From NCBI GenBank assembly GCA_000182565.2, contig KQ257454.1: a DNA stretch of 64,000 nucleotides; one strand, 5' to 3'. Position numbers and translations under genes: made by a program. Each line of letters starts with the position of its first letter. Within the stretch, counting starts at the first letter, position 1. Under the pieces are notes generated by a model. It was not told the origin of the DNA. It ran no database searches and saw nothing but the letters and a program-made list of their open reading frames with translations. Source of the stretch: Spizellomyces punctatus DAOM BR117. Lineage: Eukaryota. This document shows positions 49,605 to 63,318 of this stretch, piece after piece.

Positions 49605-50789
49605 TTAGGACTCCCAAATGGTCAAACCAATCGCAGCTATTACCCACGACCATAGCCAATTTGATTGGGACGCCAATCTCTTTGTTGAGAGTGGAACCCC
49701 ATTTATCCCAGGTTGCTCCTCGTCAGACACCTTCAGAGGAAAGCTGGATGTTACAATATACCCATTTATCTTTGTTTGAACAAACACGTTGTACTGGCCG
49801 CCCTTAAAAAAGTAAAGCCCAAAACCAATGGTATTCGAAGTTCTGTCGAAAGCAGGGGGATCCTGATTGACTGAGCACACTGGCTGCCACTTCACACCGT
49901 CTCCTTGTCGATATCCTAGCAGTTGCTGAGATCGTGTGAAATCGTCTCCTCTCACCAATGTAATAAGAGCATCTTGACCGTGAAACTTTTGGAATCCGGA
50001 CGTTGCTATGTCATGTCCGGTGGAATTCGTTACATAATATTTGGCCGTAAAAGGTCGACAGTATGATATTTTGATCGAGCCGCTCTGTGGGCTCGAAAGT
50101 ACCACACGGAAGGTTCCATTCGTGACCCAACTTTTTGGATCGATATTGTCATTCGGTCCAGGAACTTGTACGGCGTGGTCTTGATAAATCCATGGATCTG
50201 GCAGTGTGTCGTTCGGCCCGGGAATCACTCCCGTCACCCGCTGATCAATCGACTTTGGTGGAGGAATGGCTGCATTACCAGAAGGCACGGTGACATATAG
50301 AGTGCTTTCGGTCGGCTGCATTGATACGTTAAGAGTCATATTCGGGACAAGGAATGTGAATTGTGCAGAAATAGCATATGCCCCCGCAAAGGGTAGCGTT
50401 GGATATATCGCAAAGGTATCCGAGTCGTTGGCAATCTTGCCAAATTCTTCGGGGCATTGACGGATCAATGTGTTGAATGACTGGTGGGCGATGACGAATC
50501 GTAGACGACAACCGTAAACTTCTTTGAGATTTTCCCATTTGAGCTATTGGAAATCAAACATCGGATAAGCTCAGAAAAACCGTTGATTTAAGGCTAGTCG
50601 CGTAAAGCTGTTCTTTACCGCGTAGTCGTCTGACATGGCTTGGAACAAAAGTTGGTTTTGCTGACCAACTACTCCAGTGAAATTCAGTTGCTTGACAGTC
50701 AAGTATGGTGTGTATTGAGCGTATGCGCCATGAAGAAGGCATAGCGCCGTTATCAACAGCGGTGGTAACAGACGCGAAAGGGAACTCAT
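49605..50789 (-). CDS. Secreted/cell-surface protein of unknown function
   Basis: Signal peptide MSSLSRLLPPLLITALCLLHGAYA, a long beta-rich exon and a hydrophobic C-terminus. Confidence 0.65.
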
Positions 50790-51427
50790 TTCGAAGATGA
50801 CCTTGGAAGTGAACATTGCGACCTGCTGATTTCAACGAGGGTGAATCTTGGAGCCTTTTCGATCTGACACCCAACCAGTCGTGGCTCCATTTCTCAGCCT
50901 CCTTTCTGTCAGTCGGAACCCTCAATAACTCAAAAACGGTCCGTGTGCTTGTCTCCCATTCCTACTCTCCCCCCTCTCGTTACATTTTCACACTCGCCCC
51001 GCGTGGTCATCTGGCTGAGCCTTTCTTCTTTGATGACGGGCGATAGGGCGGGAAAGAAACGGGAAAAGTAAATTGTTCACTCTCATGCAAGTTGCCTTGC
51101 TTTTTGCGCCAGCTGGGTAGCGGGAGAAAATTGGACTCCTGTCTCGCGAGTCACTCCGAGCGTCTTATGGTTTATACCCGGCTAAAACATGCATGACCCG
51201 ATTCGCACTGATTGCAGCTGCAGTCATCTTTTTGCTGGCGCAGAAACGACGTCAAGGAGGGGTATGCCTGAGGAGAACACCACGCCAAAGGAGCATCAAC
51301 TATTTGACTGTCGCTTCCCCTTCATTATTATAAGTGATATTGGACTCCTTTTCGCTCAAGAAGCACCCAACGCTGGTTTGCCCCGCTTGGTCCTCGGCCA
51401 CCTGTGAAGCTGAACTTTGACAGCAAA

Positions 51428-53536
51428 ATGGCAGTAGACGAAAAACTTCCTACTATTTTGGACGTACCGATAGCGGACACGGCCGCGAAAGACGCTAAAG
51501 CAGCTGATGAGATCAAGCCAGTCAAGGAAGTCCGAAAAAGCATCCCTTTCTTTTCTGTAAAATGTCTCACAGGTCTACGTGGAGTCGCTGCGATGGGAGT
51601 GGTTGCTTCCCACTTGTTTAGCGGTGATGGTGCAAAGGTTTACGTAGGCGGCTGGGAAGGCCTGAACGAAATGGGAAACATTGCTGTCATTTTCTTCTTT
51701 GTCTTGTCGGCTTTCCTGTTGACGGTCAGACCGCTCACCGAACGACAGAAACCTTCGGACGCAAAATACGTTAAATGGTCTGAAAACGGCATCCTTATTC
51801 CTTGGATCAGTGTGCGGTGGATCAAGTATTTGATCAGACGTGTTTTTCGTATCTTGCCCTTGTATTGGATTATCCTGCTCATCATCGCTGCGGTCCCTCA
51901 ACTTCATACCGCGTATGCTGATTTACGAAACTTCACCCCCTTCAGTTGGTCGACGGCTATTTCATATGCTTTCTTTCGAGATGTCAACTCGATTTTCTGG
52001 ACAATTCCACCCGAATTTGAGTATTATCTTGTCATGCCCTTCTTTATTGTTTTGTTTGAAATGGCCGAAAGGAAGGACAAACTTGGCGAGTGGATCATGG
52101 GCATCAAGCCGAATCCACCAAACTATCCTTACGGCCTCGGGTGTGCTGAAATACAGATGAAAGAGCATTACCGAAAAGGGCTTCACAATCGTGTTCTGCA
52201 TGTGTACTATCGATTCGGCCGTCGTCTCCTTCTCCTGCTTGTTCTTTCGCTCTTCAATTGCTTTGTCGCCCCTCTGTTTTGGTCCGCACACGGTGCATAC
52301 GATTACTACCACCTTCCACCCTTTGTCAAACGTTTCTGGCTGGGAAGTCTTGCGGCGTTCATATATCATATGTTTGCTCAATATGGATACGTGATTTACG
52401 ACTTCAAAGGTCCAAACATCAACCAGAAGTGGAGTAAGAAGGCTACTAAATGGATCTCCGTTGGCGGTGACCTGATATGTTGGGCGCTTCTTATTACCCT
52501 CTTTCTCTCTTTCCCATGGTACCGCCGCAAGATTCTCAACATGTACGTACCTCGCGAACCCATCAGCTGGTACGCGGACCACATGCACGACTGGCCAGTC
52601 TTGGGATCGGCTTTGATCTGTTTCTTGGTCAGCTTTGCAACGCGGAATGGATCATTTGCACACTTCTTCGAGTGGAGCGTATTCATGTTCGCCGGAGATA
52701 TCAGTTTTCCTCTATATTTGACGCACCCTCCAGTCATACATCTTGCTCAAGATCGTCACGCTCAAGGAATCGACGGGGTTCTGTTTGTATTCCTTTTCTG
52801 CTTCTTCATTGCAAGTTGTTTCCATTTCCTTGTGGAAAAGCCTGTGGGAAAACTTGGACAGAAGTTAGCGAGATGGGTGCAACAAAAATACTTCTCCAAG
52901 GATCCCAAGCTCGCAGTAGATGTCGAAAAGCATGAGGAAATGCAAGTGAAGAAATACACCGACATGGGTTTGACCATGAATCGTGAGTCCCCCGATAGCG
53001 AATCTCGCCCATCCTCTGCTCTTGCTGGAAATCTCGCAACCTATTCTGTCGTGAAAGGCAATGGTCTCCATAAAAAGTCAGGTCCTTTGGTCCAGATCAT
53101 TCAAGTCAAAGAAGACAAACCGGAAGAAAAGACCGGCGAAACTCCAGCGAGTACTCCTCGTCCGGAGCCGAACCTGGAATTGAGGCAAGATGAGCAGCAC
53201 ACTAGGAGTCATGTCGATCATGAAGAAGATGAAGCGCCCCTTGCTGCTCTCGCTGCATCCAAAACCTATTCTCGATACGATGAAGTTGTTCCTCCTCAAT
53301 ATCCTGTCAACCACAGCGGTAATGTGCCATCTCCCCCACGGTCTCCCCAACCTCCCTACCATCACCGCTCCGCTTATAGTCCTTCTCCTGTCGCTCAAGC
53401 TTATTCCGATTATCGTTACATGGATCAGCAGGAAGCTCCCATGGACGTTCGGACTAACGGCAACGCCGGGTTGCCTCAGACGTGGTTTAGGAATCAACAA
53501 CAGCGTTCCGTTTCCTTATATGCCAATCGTTATTGA
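51428..53536 (+). CDS. Acyltransferase family 3 (OafA-like) membrane protein
   Basis: LTGLRGVAA..SH, AVIFFFVLSAFL, RRVFRILP, FWTIPPEFEYY, GDISFPLYLTH and FLVEKP. Intronless. Confidence 0.9.
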   Translation: MAVDEKLPTILDVPIADTAAKDAKAADEIKPVKEVRKSIPFFSVKCLTGLRGVAAMGVVASHLFSGDGAKVYVGGWEGLNEMGNIAVIFFFVLSAFLLTVRPLTERQKPSDAKYVKWSENGILIPWISVRWIKYLIRRVFRILPLYWIILLIIAAVPQLHTAYADLRNFTPFSWSTAISYAFFRDVNSIFWTIPPEFEYYLVMPFFIVLFEMAERKDKLGEWIMGIKPNPPNYPYGLGCAEIQMKEHYRKGLHNRVLHVYYRFGRRLLLLLVLSLFNCFVAPLFWSAHGAYDYYHLPPFVKRFWLGSLAAFIYHMFAQYGYVIYDFKGPNINQKWSKKATKWISVGGDLICWALLITLFLSFPWYRRKILNMYVPREPISWYADHMHDWPVLGSALICFLVSFATRNGSFAHFFEWSVFMFAGDISFPLYLTHPPVIHLAQDRHAQGIDGVLFVFLFCFFIASCFHFLVEKPVGKLGQKLARWVQQKYFSKDPKLAVDVEKHEEMQVKKYTDMGLTMNRESPDSESRPSSALAGNLATYSVVKGNGLHKKSGPLVQIIQVKEDKPEEKTGETPASTPRPEPNLELRQDEQHTRSHVDHEEDEAPLAALAASKTYSRYDEVVPPQYPVNHSGNVPSPPRSPQPPYHHRSAYSPSPVAQAYSDYRYMDQQEAPMDVRTNGNAGLPQTWFRNQQQRSVSLYANRY

Positions 53537-53987
53537 TGTAGAAATTTAGGAGAGATGTATATGAAGGGAATTTATATTAGGCATGGTATATTGTGGTTTT
53601 TTTGACTTGTGTTTCATGTAAAGTCTGTTGATAGTGAGAAGTTACCGATGTACATTGATATACACATCGTTGGGGTGAGCGGACTACTTGTAATTTTTGA
53701 ACTATACTCCAATATACGTTTCAGATAATCTGAAGTTCCATGAGTCTCAGACGCCAATTATCATCTAGGACGAATATCTGTAAATGTAGGTACCTTAGCG
53801 TCCTTGTATCTTGAGATCTTCACTATATGGCAGGACACCACTTCTTTCAACCATTTTTATGAACCGATTTAATAGCCACTGATATCAATGTACATGTATT
53901 TCCAATACTACCCGGCCCATTATTACAAGTATTACGAAGTATCATTTACAAAGGACGTTATAACCTAACCCTAGCCGCACCCATTCC

Positions 53988-54350
53988 TCAAAGTAATCCA
54001 ATCAAGACAGCCCCCGCGACACTCGTGCCCACCACCCAGTTGTTTGCCGCAGCTCCTACAAATGCAGTATTCGCTCCAGTGCAGTCCTCGTCCCCCGCTA
54101 AACAGTACTCTTTCCGCGCCAAGGAGATGGGACAAGCCTTCCCATTTCCCATTGCATGAACGAGAACTCTGCCGGTACTTGTTTTGAGGTTTTCGGCGCA
54201 ACAGCTGTACTCTGACCAAGCGACCATGCAATCGATGTCGGCGGGTTTTCCCTCTTGAGGTACGGGTACGGGTGCGGGTGCGGCGGTGATGGATGTGGTG
54301 GTGAGTAGGGCGAAGACAAGTACGAGCAGAGTGGTGGGTATGACCGACAT
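53988..54350 (-). CDS. Small secreted, possibly GPI-anchored protein with TSP1-like Cys motif
   Basis: Signal peptide, DCMVAWSEYSCC..GNGKACP..EYC and a hydrophobic tail. Confidence 0.65.
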   Translation of the reverse strand: MSVIPTTLLVLVFALLTTTSITAAPAPVPVPQEGKPADIDCMVAWSEYSCCAENLKTSTGRVLVHAMGNGKACPISLARKEYCLAGDEDCTGANTAFVGAAANNWVVGTSVAGAVLIGLL

Positions 54351-55768
54351 GATTGGGAAGTGCATTGATGAAGCAGCCGCTAGCCAGTTCACAGATTGAA
54401 CAGATTGGATACTACTACGTAGTTTTGAACTGAAAGGTCCAATACCCAACTCGCGTTTCTTTGAGAAGGAAAGCCGGAATTAAGGAAAAAAGTGATATGT
54501 CATTTTCAGCTCGCTGTCGCTCTTCACAAAGATGTCAACATCCAAATTGGAAAAACGATCTGTGGCCAACTAGCACGAGATGAACCGTTTTTACTCGTGC
54601 CTCCCTCCCCTTCCACGAATGGCCTCCTTGTTCTCCTCGTACGCTGCTCTCTCTTTCCCGCCATGTTATCTTCGCATGGCAGAAATTTTGTCCTCTTGCC
54701 CCCCCCACCCGTCCACCTTGCGGCGTGGCTCATGTCTGTAGATGGACATGTAGATACGCTGTTGAGCTGACGCCCGGGATAGGGGGTTAGGGAGCTTTAT
54801 CCAATTAATTGTCTTTTCTCCGGTCTCTCCTTTGAGGACTTGCTGCAGGGCTGCTGCCATTGATGAAGGTCAAGGATGGCTGAAATGTGTCGGGTGTGGG
54901 TTGACCCATCCGGCATGCCTTTCCTGCCATGGACCTGTACACTTGGAGATAATTGCTCCTCCTTCTTGTCCGTTATTCAAGGGTTTTCCATGTGTGCCAG
55001 AATGTCAAAAAGAAGACAATTCGCTCGACGAAAACGCAATGTCAAAAAGCACGCGCGCCCGTGTCTCCCGACTGCTGAGTCATCGATCATTGCCCGCCCT
55101 TTGACGCTTTCCACACACGGACATCTTCCTTTCCACTCGTCCCGCTCGCTTCCTTGACGTTTATTTGCTAGAAACCAGCGTTTTTTTTCTTCTTCTTGAC
55201 AATCACCCCAATATGGCGCAGAGCAACTGTCACGTTCATGGCGCCGGATTTTCGGGCGCACTGCCAGTGTTGGAACCTGGACATGGTCACTGGCGTGCGA
55301 TGAGGCTTGTATTTTTGCGTCAGGAGCGATTACCACTCTACATTAACAGCTCGGCTTGGAAGCCCTTATTGCCTGCATTCCCCTTGCAGTGAATTTGGGT
55401 CTTTTGAGCTACTTGTCTGGAGACATTTTCCCATATAGCAAGCTTTTGCCTTTTCAAAAGCGTCCACCGCTGCTGCCCCCCGTTGTTGTCCCGGAAACTT
55501 GAAAGCCATTTTTCCTCTGTCTTTAGCCCTTACATATACTAGTGTGCCCGGTTTTCCCAAGTTGCCACAACAATCTACGTCCGTCGTCAACGACATCCCT
55601 GGCATCTCAATCAATGAGAACCTAGGTAGACGTCGTGCACAAAGTAATATTGATTAGTATCGATTTTCACAGCAGAGATTCAATGTTCTTTGGCTACCTA
55701 GATCTGAGCATACTTATCACGCAAGTGCATTTTGAACGTCTATTGTTGGCCCATTGTACATTTGCGTC

Positions 55769-58700
55769 ATGAAACCCCACAGGGATTCGCCAGTTCCCGT
55801 GGCCCATGGAGAATCGTCAGATTATCTCACCCGCCTTACAAGCCCCACACTTGAAAATATTCTCTCAACTGTGCGCAAACGATACCAAAATGGCGATTAC
55901 TTTACAAAGCTGGGAGAGAACGCTCTATTGGTTTTGGGCGGATCGGGGGTCCTCGCCGAATCGACGGCAGAAGTAGCAGCTGAATATGCAAGATGGGTGA
56001 TTGACATGTCACCGAACAAGCGCGATCTACCCCCTCATGTCTTCGACTTGGCTGCGTCATGTTTCTACCATATGACTAGAGATCACCGCAACCAGTCGGT
56101 TGTCTTCCTAGGTATAAGCTATGTTTGCTGTGAGGGAGTATGAACTATCGTTTTGACGTTTTCGCTTTTATGTAGGGGATGATGCCAGTGAGAAATCGGA
56201 AATCCGCAAGCTGTTTGTGTGGCAACTCATGATGCTGTCTACTACAACGGACGATGTCAACGATCAGAAGATCCTTCGCGCCGCAACTCTGATGGATCCA
56301 GTCTTTGAAGCCTTTGCTCACGCACGGACTCTGCGAAGCCGCAGTGCTACTCTCGTTTGCAAATATGTGGAATATCAATACGACCATAACTGGAAGCTTG
56401 TCGGTGTCGGGTCCATCGCATACCATTTAGACAAGTCTCGGTTTGCCAGCAGCACGCCATTCAAAGAAGAGAATTATCCAGTTTTCTACTATCTGCTGGC
56501 CGGCAGTACGGCGTTGGAAAGAAATCGTTGGAAACTTGGCGACGCATCATCTTTCCGCTACCTCCAAGGTTCGCCCTTCTTCCATACACCCGATGACGAC
56601 TGCAAACTCTACAATGAACTTCAAAAGGCGCTGAAGCATCTCCGCATCGGTTTGAAACTTCAGAAACAGATCTCACAGGTCCTAGCGGCGGTTCTTCATC
56701 TTGGCAACGTCACATTCGTGGATGACGATACACGCCCTCAGGACTCTTGTAGTGTGGCAAATTACGAAGCCCTTTGCACTGCCGCGGACCTGCTCGGTGT
56801 ACACCCACAAAACCTGGAGGATGCTGTTATCTATAAATCCAAGGTCATAGGAAACGAGCGTATCTCCATGTTCTTGACAAGCGAAGGGGCAGCGGCTCAG
56901 CGTGACCTTCTTGCATCTACGATCTACTCAGAATTGGTTGCTTGGCTCGTAAGAAAAATGAATGCTTGTTTATGCAAGAATTACGAGGATGAGATTGCGG
57001 CCAGTATCCGAGTACTTGAAATCCCTAGTTTCCGAAAGGACGGCCATAACGAGCTAGACCGGTTATTGTACAACATGCTGAATGAGCAGCTCCACTTTCA
57101 TATGAGCAGCTGGATTCAGGATCGGTCTATCGATTATGCCCATGAAGGAGTGCTTTCCTTCGCTGTCGAAAATCAAGAAAATCAGTCGGCCGCTCTCGCA
57201 CATCTTTTGTCTTTCGACGCCGGGCTGCTCCACTTGATTGATGAAGAATCCGTACGGAGATTCCTTGAAGGCTCTCCTGATGCTGGTATACCCCGAGGAA
57301 TGATCGAGACTTACGAGCATTTATCACCGGTCATAGTGGACGGAGTTCCCATTAATAACCGCACTTTCCAAATTCAGCATTACAATGGCGAAACCGCGTA
57401 CGATATCAATAAGCTTGTTGAGAAGAATGGCGACGTCCTGTCATCGGCCGTTGCTTCCCTATTTGTTGGCAGTGCGGGTGTTCATCCTTGTGCCAATGGC
57501 TTTGTGCGCAATTTGTTTTCGCATAGTGATGGCTATGGCGAGAGCGAAAACTACTACGACGATAAGACAGTCATCTCAAAGTTTTCGGAAACAACCAGTC
57601 AGGTCATATCTGCAATAAAAGATGCGGCGCCTTGGTTCGTTCTGTGTGTCGACTCTGGCGAATCCCCAGTCAGCGACAAGATGGATGTTGCTATCTTGAA
57701 GGCTGACTTGGTTAATCATCAAGTGACCAACCATGTGCAGACTCGGGTAGCTGGGGACTATGTTGCTGACTACACTCACGAAGATTTTATTTCACGCTTT
57801 CATGCCGTGGTATTGAACAAGCCACTGGAGCAAGACGACGAAGTTGACTTTGGGAGTCTTTGCGAGGAGTTTGCCAGCGAGATGGGCTGGAGCGAGGAAC
57901 ATATGGCTTTGGGGCTGAGTAGGGTTTTTCTCTCTGAAAAGGCTTGGCGCATCCTCCATGACCGCCTACGAGCTTTTGAGGAGGAGAACCACCAGACGAC
58001 ATGGAACGCTCATACTTCTCAATTCGTCGAGAACTTTGCCAGACCGTTCCCGGACAATGGTGATACTGAGAGTGATGTCGATATGGGAACCAGCACCGAT
58101 GTGGATGTGAAGTACGTGACTCGAGTTGAAAAGGAGGCCTTAGCAGCCGAAGCTGAGAAAGAAGAAAAGCGACCAGTCTCTTCAGCGCGCAAGCGATGGC
58201 TGTGCTGTACTTGGACGCTGACGTGGTGGATTCCCTCGTGTTGTATATCCAAAGTAGGGAGAATGCCCCGTAAGGATGTGCAGATGGCTTGGCGTGAGAA
58301 GGTTGCGCTGTGCATGATCATTGGACTCATGTGTATCGCGCTACTGGCATTCATTATTGGTCTACCCCGTATCATCTGTCCAAAACAAAAGGTCTTGTCC
58401 CTGGATGAAATTCGGAAAAGGACAGATGCAGATGATCCATGGGTCTACGGATACGGAAAGGCATACCAGATAAAAGACTTGTATCGAGGGCATATGAATG
58501 TTGGTGCGGACATGAGCAAGTATCAACAGACTTACGGCAAGGACATCTCAGGAATGTTTTATAAAACGGACTACTTCAACGACATGTGCCCTGGTGTGGC
58601 GTCAAGACCCTCTCCTGCTTGGGACAACATTGTTAAGCGCCCACTCGACGCATCCCTGGCTCATCGGACAACCGATAGGCCTTATTTCCAAACCCTCTCC

Positions 58701-61700
58701 CACCTGGCCAAGTTTGATGTCGCATTCAAATGGGACTACATCCAGCAACAACCGCTTCTCAACAAAACTTGGATTGTACTGTTTGACAAAATCTACGATG
58801 TCACTACATACACATCGGACCCCTTTTTTCAGAACAGTGCCATTGACCGGATTTTCCAAGCAACCCAAGGTGCAGATGCAACCAACGATTGGGTCTCGTC
58901 TGTTGTTAGAGCCGATCCTGGCGGCGCCAAAGCGATCATGAACTGCATGAACAACATGTTTTATATTGGAGTTGTTGATCATCGTCTCGACATTGGTTGT
59001 CAATTCTCAAACTATATCCTTTTGGCGAGTTCGATGATCGTCATAGGTATCATCGGCATGAAGTTCTTGGTCGCAGTGCAGTTTACCTCCCCTCCCAAGG
59101 TAGACAAAGCAGAGCTGAATAGGTTCGTCATTTGCCAAATGCCTTGTTATACGGAAGGTGAGGCATCACTTCGAAAATCTCTTCAATCCTTGGCATGTAT
59201 GGACTACGACGATGCTCGAAAACTGCTATTCATCATTTGTGACGGAATGGTTGTTGGAAGTGGCAATACCCGTGCAACACCGCGCATCGTTTTGGACATT
59301 CTCGGCGTCGACCCGAAATATGACCCAGAACCTCTGTTGTTCCAGTCCGTTGGTGAAGGTGACATGCAATTGAATCGAGCCAAGGTATATTCCGGTCTCT
59401 ATACAGTAAAACAAGGACCAACCGAACACGTTGTGCCTTTCATCGTCGTCGTCAAAGTCGGCAAAGAATCAGAAGTCGCGCGTCCTGGCAACCGTGGTAA
59501 ACGTGACTCTCAGTTGCTGTTGATGAAGTTCCTGTCTCGCGTGCACTTTGACGCGGAAATGGAGCCGCTCGAGCTTGAGTTATACCGGACAATGGCTGAT
59601 GTGGTCGGGATCCATCCATCCATGTACGAATTGATATTCATGGTAGATGCCGATACGGAAGTATTCCCTGATTCGCTCGGACAAATGGTACACAGTATGA
59701 TACATGATACGTCAATCATTGGTCTTTGTGGAGAAACGATCTTGGCTAATCGGAGCGATACGTGGATTACGAAAATCCAAGTGTATGAATACTTCATATC
59801 GCATCATCTCACGAAGGCGTTCGAGGCTATCTTTGGTGCCGTCACTTGTCTTCCAGGATGTTTCTGCGTTTACCGAATCCGTTCTCCGAAAAACGTCCCA
59901 CTGCTCATCTCGCCAGAAGTCATAGATGACTTCAAAGAAAATCGCATCGACACCCTTCACATGAAAAATCTTTTCCATCTCGGTGAGGATCGTTTCCTGA
60001 CGACACTCGTAATCAAGTGGTTCCCGCACATGAGGACGACGTTTATCAGTCACGCTAAATGTAAGACAAGCGCCCCGGACAAGTGGAGAGTGTTGTCGTC
60101 GCAACGACGTCGATGGATTAACTCGACCGTACACAATTTGTTCGAACTCTTGTTTATTCGGAGACTTTGCGGTTTCCTTTGCTGCTCCATGCGCTTTGTG
60201 GTCTTCTTGGATTTGCTATCTACGTTGATTCAGCCGGCGGCCATTCTTTACATTGCCTACCTGGTGTACGCACTCGTATCAGCCGAGAATGGATTTCCTA
60301 TCATCTCGATCGCTTTGCTTGCCGCTATTTACGGCTTGCAGGTGATTGTATTCCTACTGAAGCGACAGTGGAGACAAGTCCTGTGGATGGTGATCTACAT
60401 CTTTGCTATCCCGGTTTTCACATTCTATCTTCCGTTGTATGCTTTCTGGCACTTTGATGACTTTTCATGGGGTAATACCCGCGTTGTGTACGGTGAAGAT
60501 GGACGGAAGACTACCATGGTGGCCGACGTCGGAATGTTCGATCCCACTTCCATTCCGAAGCGCAAGTGGGGAGAATACTCGAAAGAAAAACTGGTTCAGG
60601 AAAGTGATGCAAAGCGCGAGCGCGAACAGACCGAAAAACGCCGCCTCAGTCACCGCGTCATGTCCATGACCGCAAGCAACGTCAGGAGTAGCATCATGAG
60701 TCCAGTACCAAAGATGTCACCGCGCTCCGAAAGTCCGCCCGAGTATAATACTGGTTCGAGACCGTCCACACCGTCTTTGGCACCTGTGGGTGCGCCTCGC
60801 AGTCGGAGTCCCGTTGTCTTCGAATACGTGTCTAAATCGCCTAGCCGCGCAGGGAGTCCTCGACCAGTCACACCACCAACGTATGGACACATGCAAAAGG
60901 GATCGGATTCCTCGACGAGTTCTGAGTCTGGTCGCGCTCAAGCAACATTGGAACAGGCGCTTGCAAGGTACAACAATGGCCCGCACAATGATTCGGTAGC
61001 GATGAATCCCCCGGCTGCAACAAGCCGCTACAGTATGGCGAATTATGCAACGCCCTCGCAGCAGAATTACAGACCTCCCGCTGACATGCGAGCAAATAAC
61101 AACACGGACATGGTGCCCGTTGAGTCCACCGAGATACGCGCCCCCGAAATGAGTTCTACTGTGCGGCGTCAGTCACCAATCCCGCTCGGTGATAACCGTT
61201 CACCAGATGCGTCCTTTGACAGTTATCCTGCCAAGCGTCAGTCTCCGGTTCTGCGCCTCGACATCCGTTTGCCTGAGGGCGGATTTCCCACTGGTACAAA
61301 TGTCGGGCCTCAGTCGCCTGTGCTTCGTGCATCCATTATACCCGATTCATTTGATTCAGGCAACCCCAGACCTGCATCTACTGTGTCTCCTGTTCCACGG
61401 GATGTTCGCTTATCAGAAAGTATCGTCCAGAATCCTCCCATGAAATCGACCGGTGCAACTCAAGGCTATCACGATAGCGTGCTACCTGAGCAAAGGCGAA
61501 CTTTGACCCGAACCGCAGTGGATCAAAGATTCTCTGAAATTTCAGGACCCGGAAACGATAAGGGAAGGGACGTTCATACGGGCTTCCCAAATCCCGCGCT
61601 GCGCCGTCGGGCATCCGATATTAGTCTTAGTGGAAGCGAAAGGAACCGATCCCAGTACTCTGCTCCTTCAACGGCAGATGGTCGCCTTTCGCAAATGTCC

Positions 61701-62231
61701 ATGAGCGGAGGAGCATACAGACCTCCATTTGCCATGCCACCTCTTGCTGAAAGGCGGGCTTCCCAACTTAGTATCGGAACCATGGGAACAGTTAAATCGG
61801 CGTTGGCAATGCCGCACGTTGTTGAGCGTCGCGCCTCTGAGCCGCATATTGCAACCTCTGTCCGGCCGCAATTCCCTATGCCACACCCGATGGAACGCCG
61901 TGCCTCAGAACTCAGCATTGGTGGACTCATTCGCCGGAGAGACCGTGCAGCCCTGGCCGAAGTGAATTATGCTTCTGAAATGGAGCAGGTCTCTAGGCCT
62001 CCAAGTTCAGCTGCGGGAGACGTCGTGGTCAACCAGTTTCCGTCTGACCAGCTGATCATCAGTGAAGTTAGGCGTATCGTGGAGCGGTCAGATTTGATGA
62101 CCATCTCGAAAAAAACTATTCGAGAGTTGCTTGGGCAGTTGTTCCGTGTTGATTTGTCGGCAAAGAAACAATTGATTAGCGATGTAGTGGATGAATTGTT
62201 GGACAATATGCTTCACAATACCCAGCAATAG
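55769..62231 (+). CDS. Chitin synthase with myosin motor-like domain (class V/VII), cytochrome b5-like and DEK_C domains
   Basis: Myosin-like LPPHVF, FEAF and VLHLGN; AWREKVAL; PCYTEG; GNRGKRDSQ; MVDADT; CLPGCF; LGEDR; QRRRW; WHFDDFSWG; C-terminal DLMTISKKTIR. Intron 56112-56175. Confidence 0.97.
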
Positions 62232-63318
62232 AATTGGAAAGAGGTTTAATTGTTGGTTTGAGAAGGGGTTTAATTGAATAATACTCGTGTATAGTGTTAG
62301 GTATGGTAGCATAGGTAAAGGATACATATTTTTTTTTGTAATGAACGGTATCAATATTCGATTGTATCAACTTAGGAAATGTCCAATCTCGAACTGATAA
62401 GGCCGTAGAGGTTGGGTTTCCCTTAGTCATCAATCTGCTGCAACTATGGTACGGCTTCATATTGCACTTTCGGCAGTCGCGCCTGTTTTTGATATGGAAA
62501 CGTCTCTGCCAGTGTACAAGGATTCATGCCCATGCATAGTGAGCGCACAGCTGAGGGAGAGTGGTGTCCAGGAATGCATTGAAAATGGCAGTTTTCTTTG
62601 CGAGCAGGACTGGGTCACATTGGGTTGAGAACCTTAATTGTTCATGCGCTCATGTAAAGCTGGTCTGAGTTGACTTGATTGAGTGATGTCAGCGTTGTTC
62701 TGTTTGGCAATGAGGCCATGTACGCTTGAATATACACGAGACGGGAATATTGGAATATGCGCATTTTATTCATTTTGTTGTTTTCACCCAAGTCTACGTC
62801 AAGGATGCAGTCTAAGCGCTGCTTGTAACGCCTGTCAGCAAAAGCCTGCAAAAAAAGAAACGATAGCGATTGCAATTGACTCTTATGCTAGAGTTCTGGT
62901 AAATAATGATCATCAAAATTCGTTGTTGTTCCTCTGTTGGGGTGGACGTCAGTACAATTGGGTGACATTCATTTAAGCCGACTTGCCATACAGTTCAACC
63001 ATATCCTTATTTTGAAATTCAATGCCGCTTTCCCCATAACTAATACGGATAACACATCCCTCCTCACTGTATCCTGCAACAGGCTCCCAAAGACAGACTT
63101 TCCCGATGAACCTTTTACAAAGTTTTGCGCGCGTAACTTGTGGAAAAGCATAATTTTGCTCACAGTAGACTTTTGTGGTATGTTGGCATAGCTCCGCATC
63201 TTTCATGGGCAAAACAACATTTGACATGATGGGAAGCGAACTATTTAAAAAGCAACAGGGATGTCCTTGAAGCCGCCTTTTGCCATTCACCGTCCATTCG
63301 CAGTCCTGGTTGGAACTA

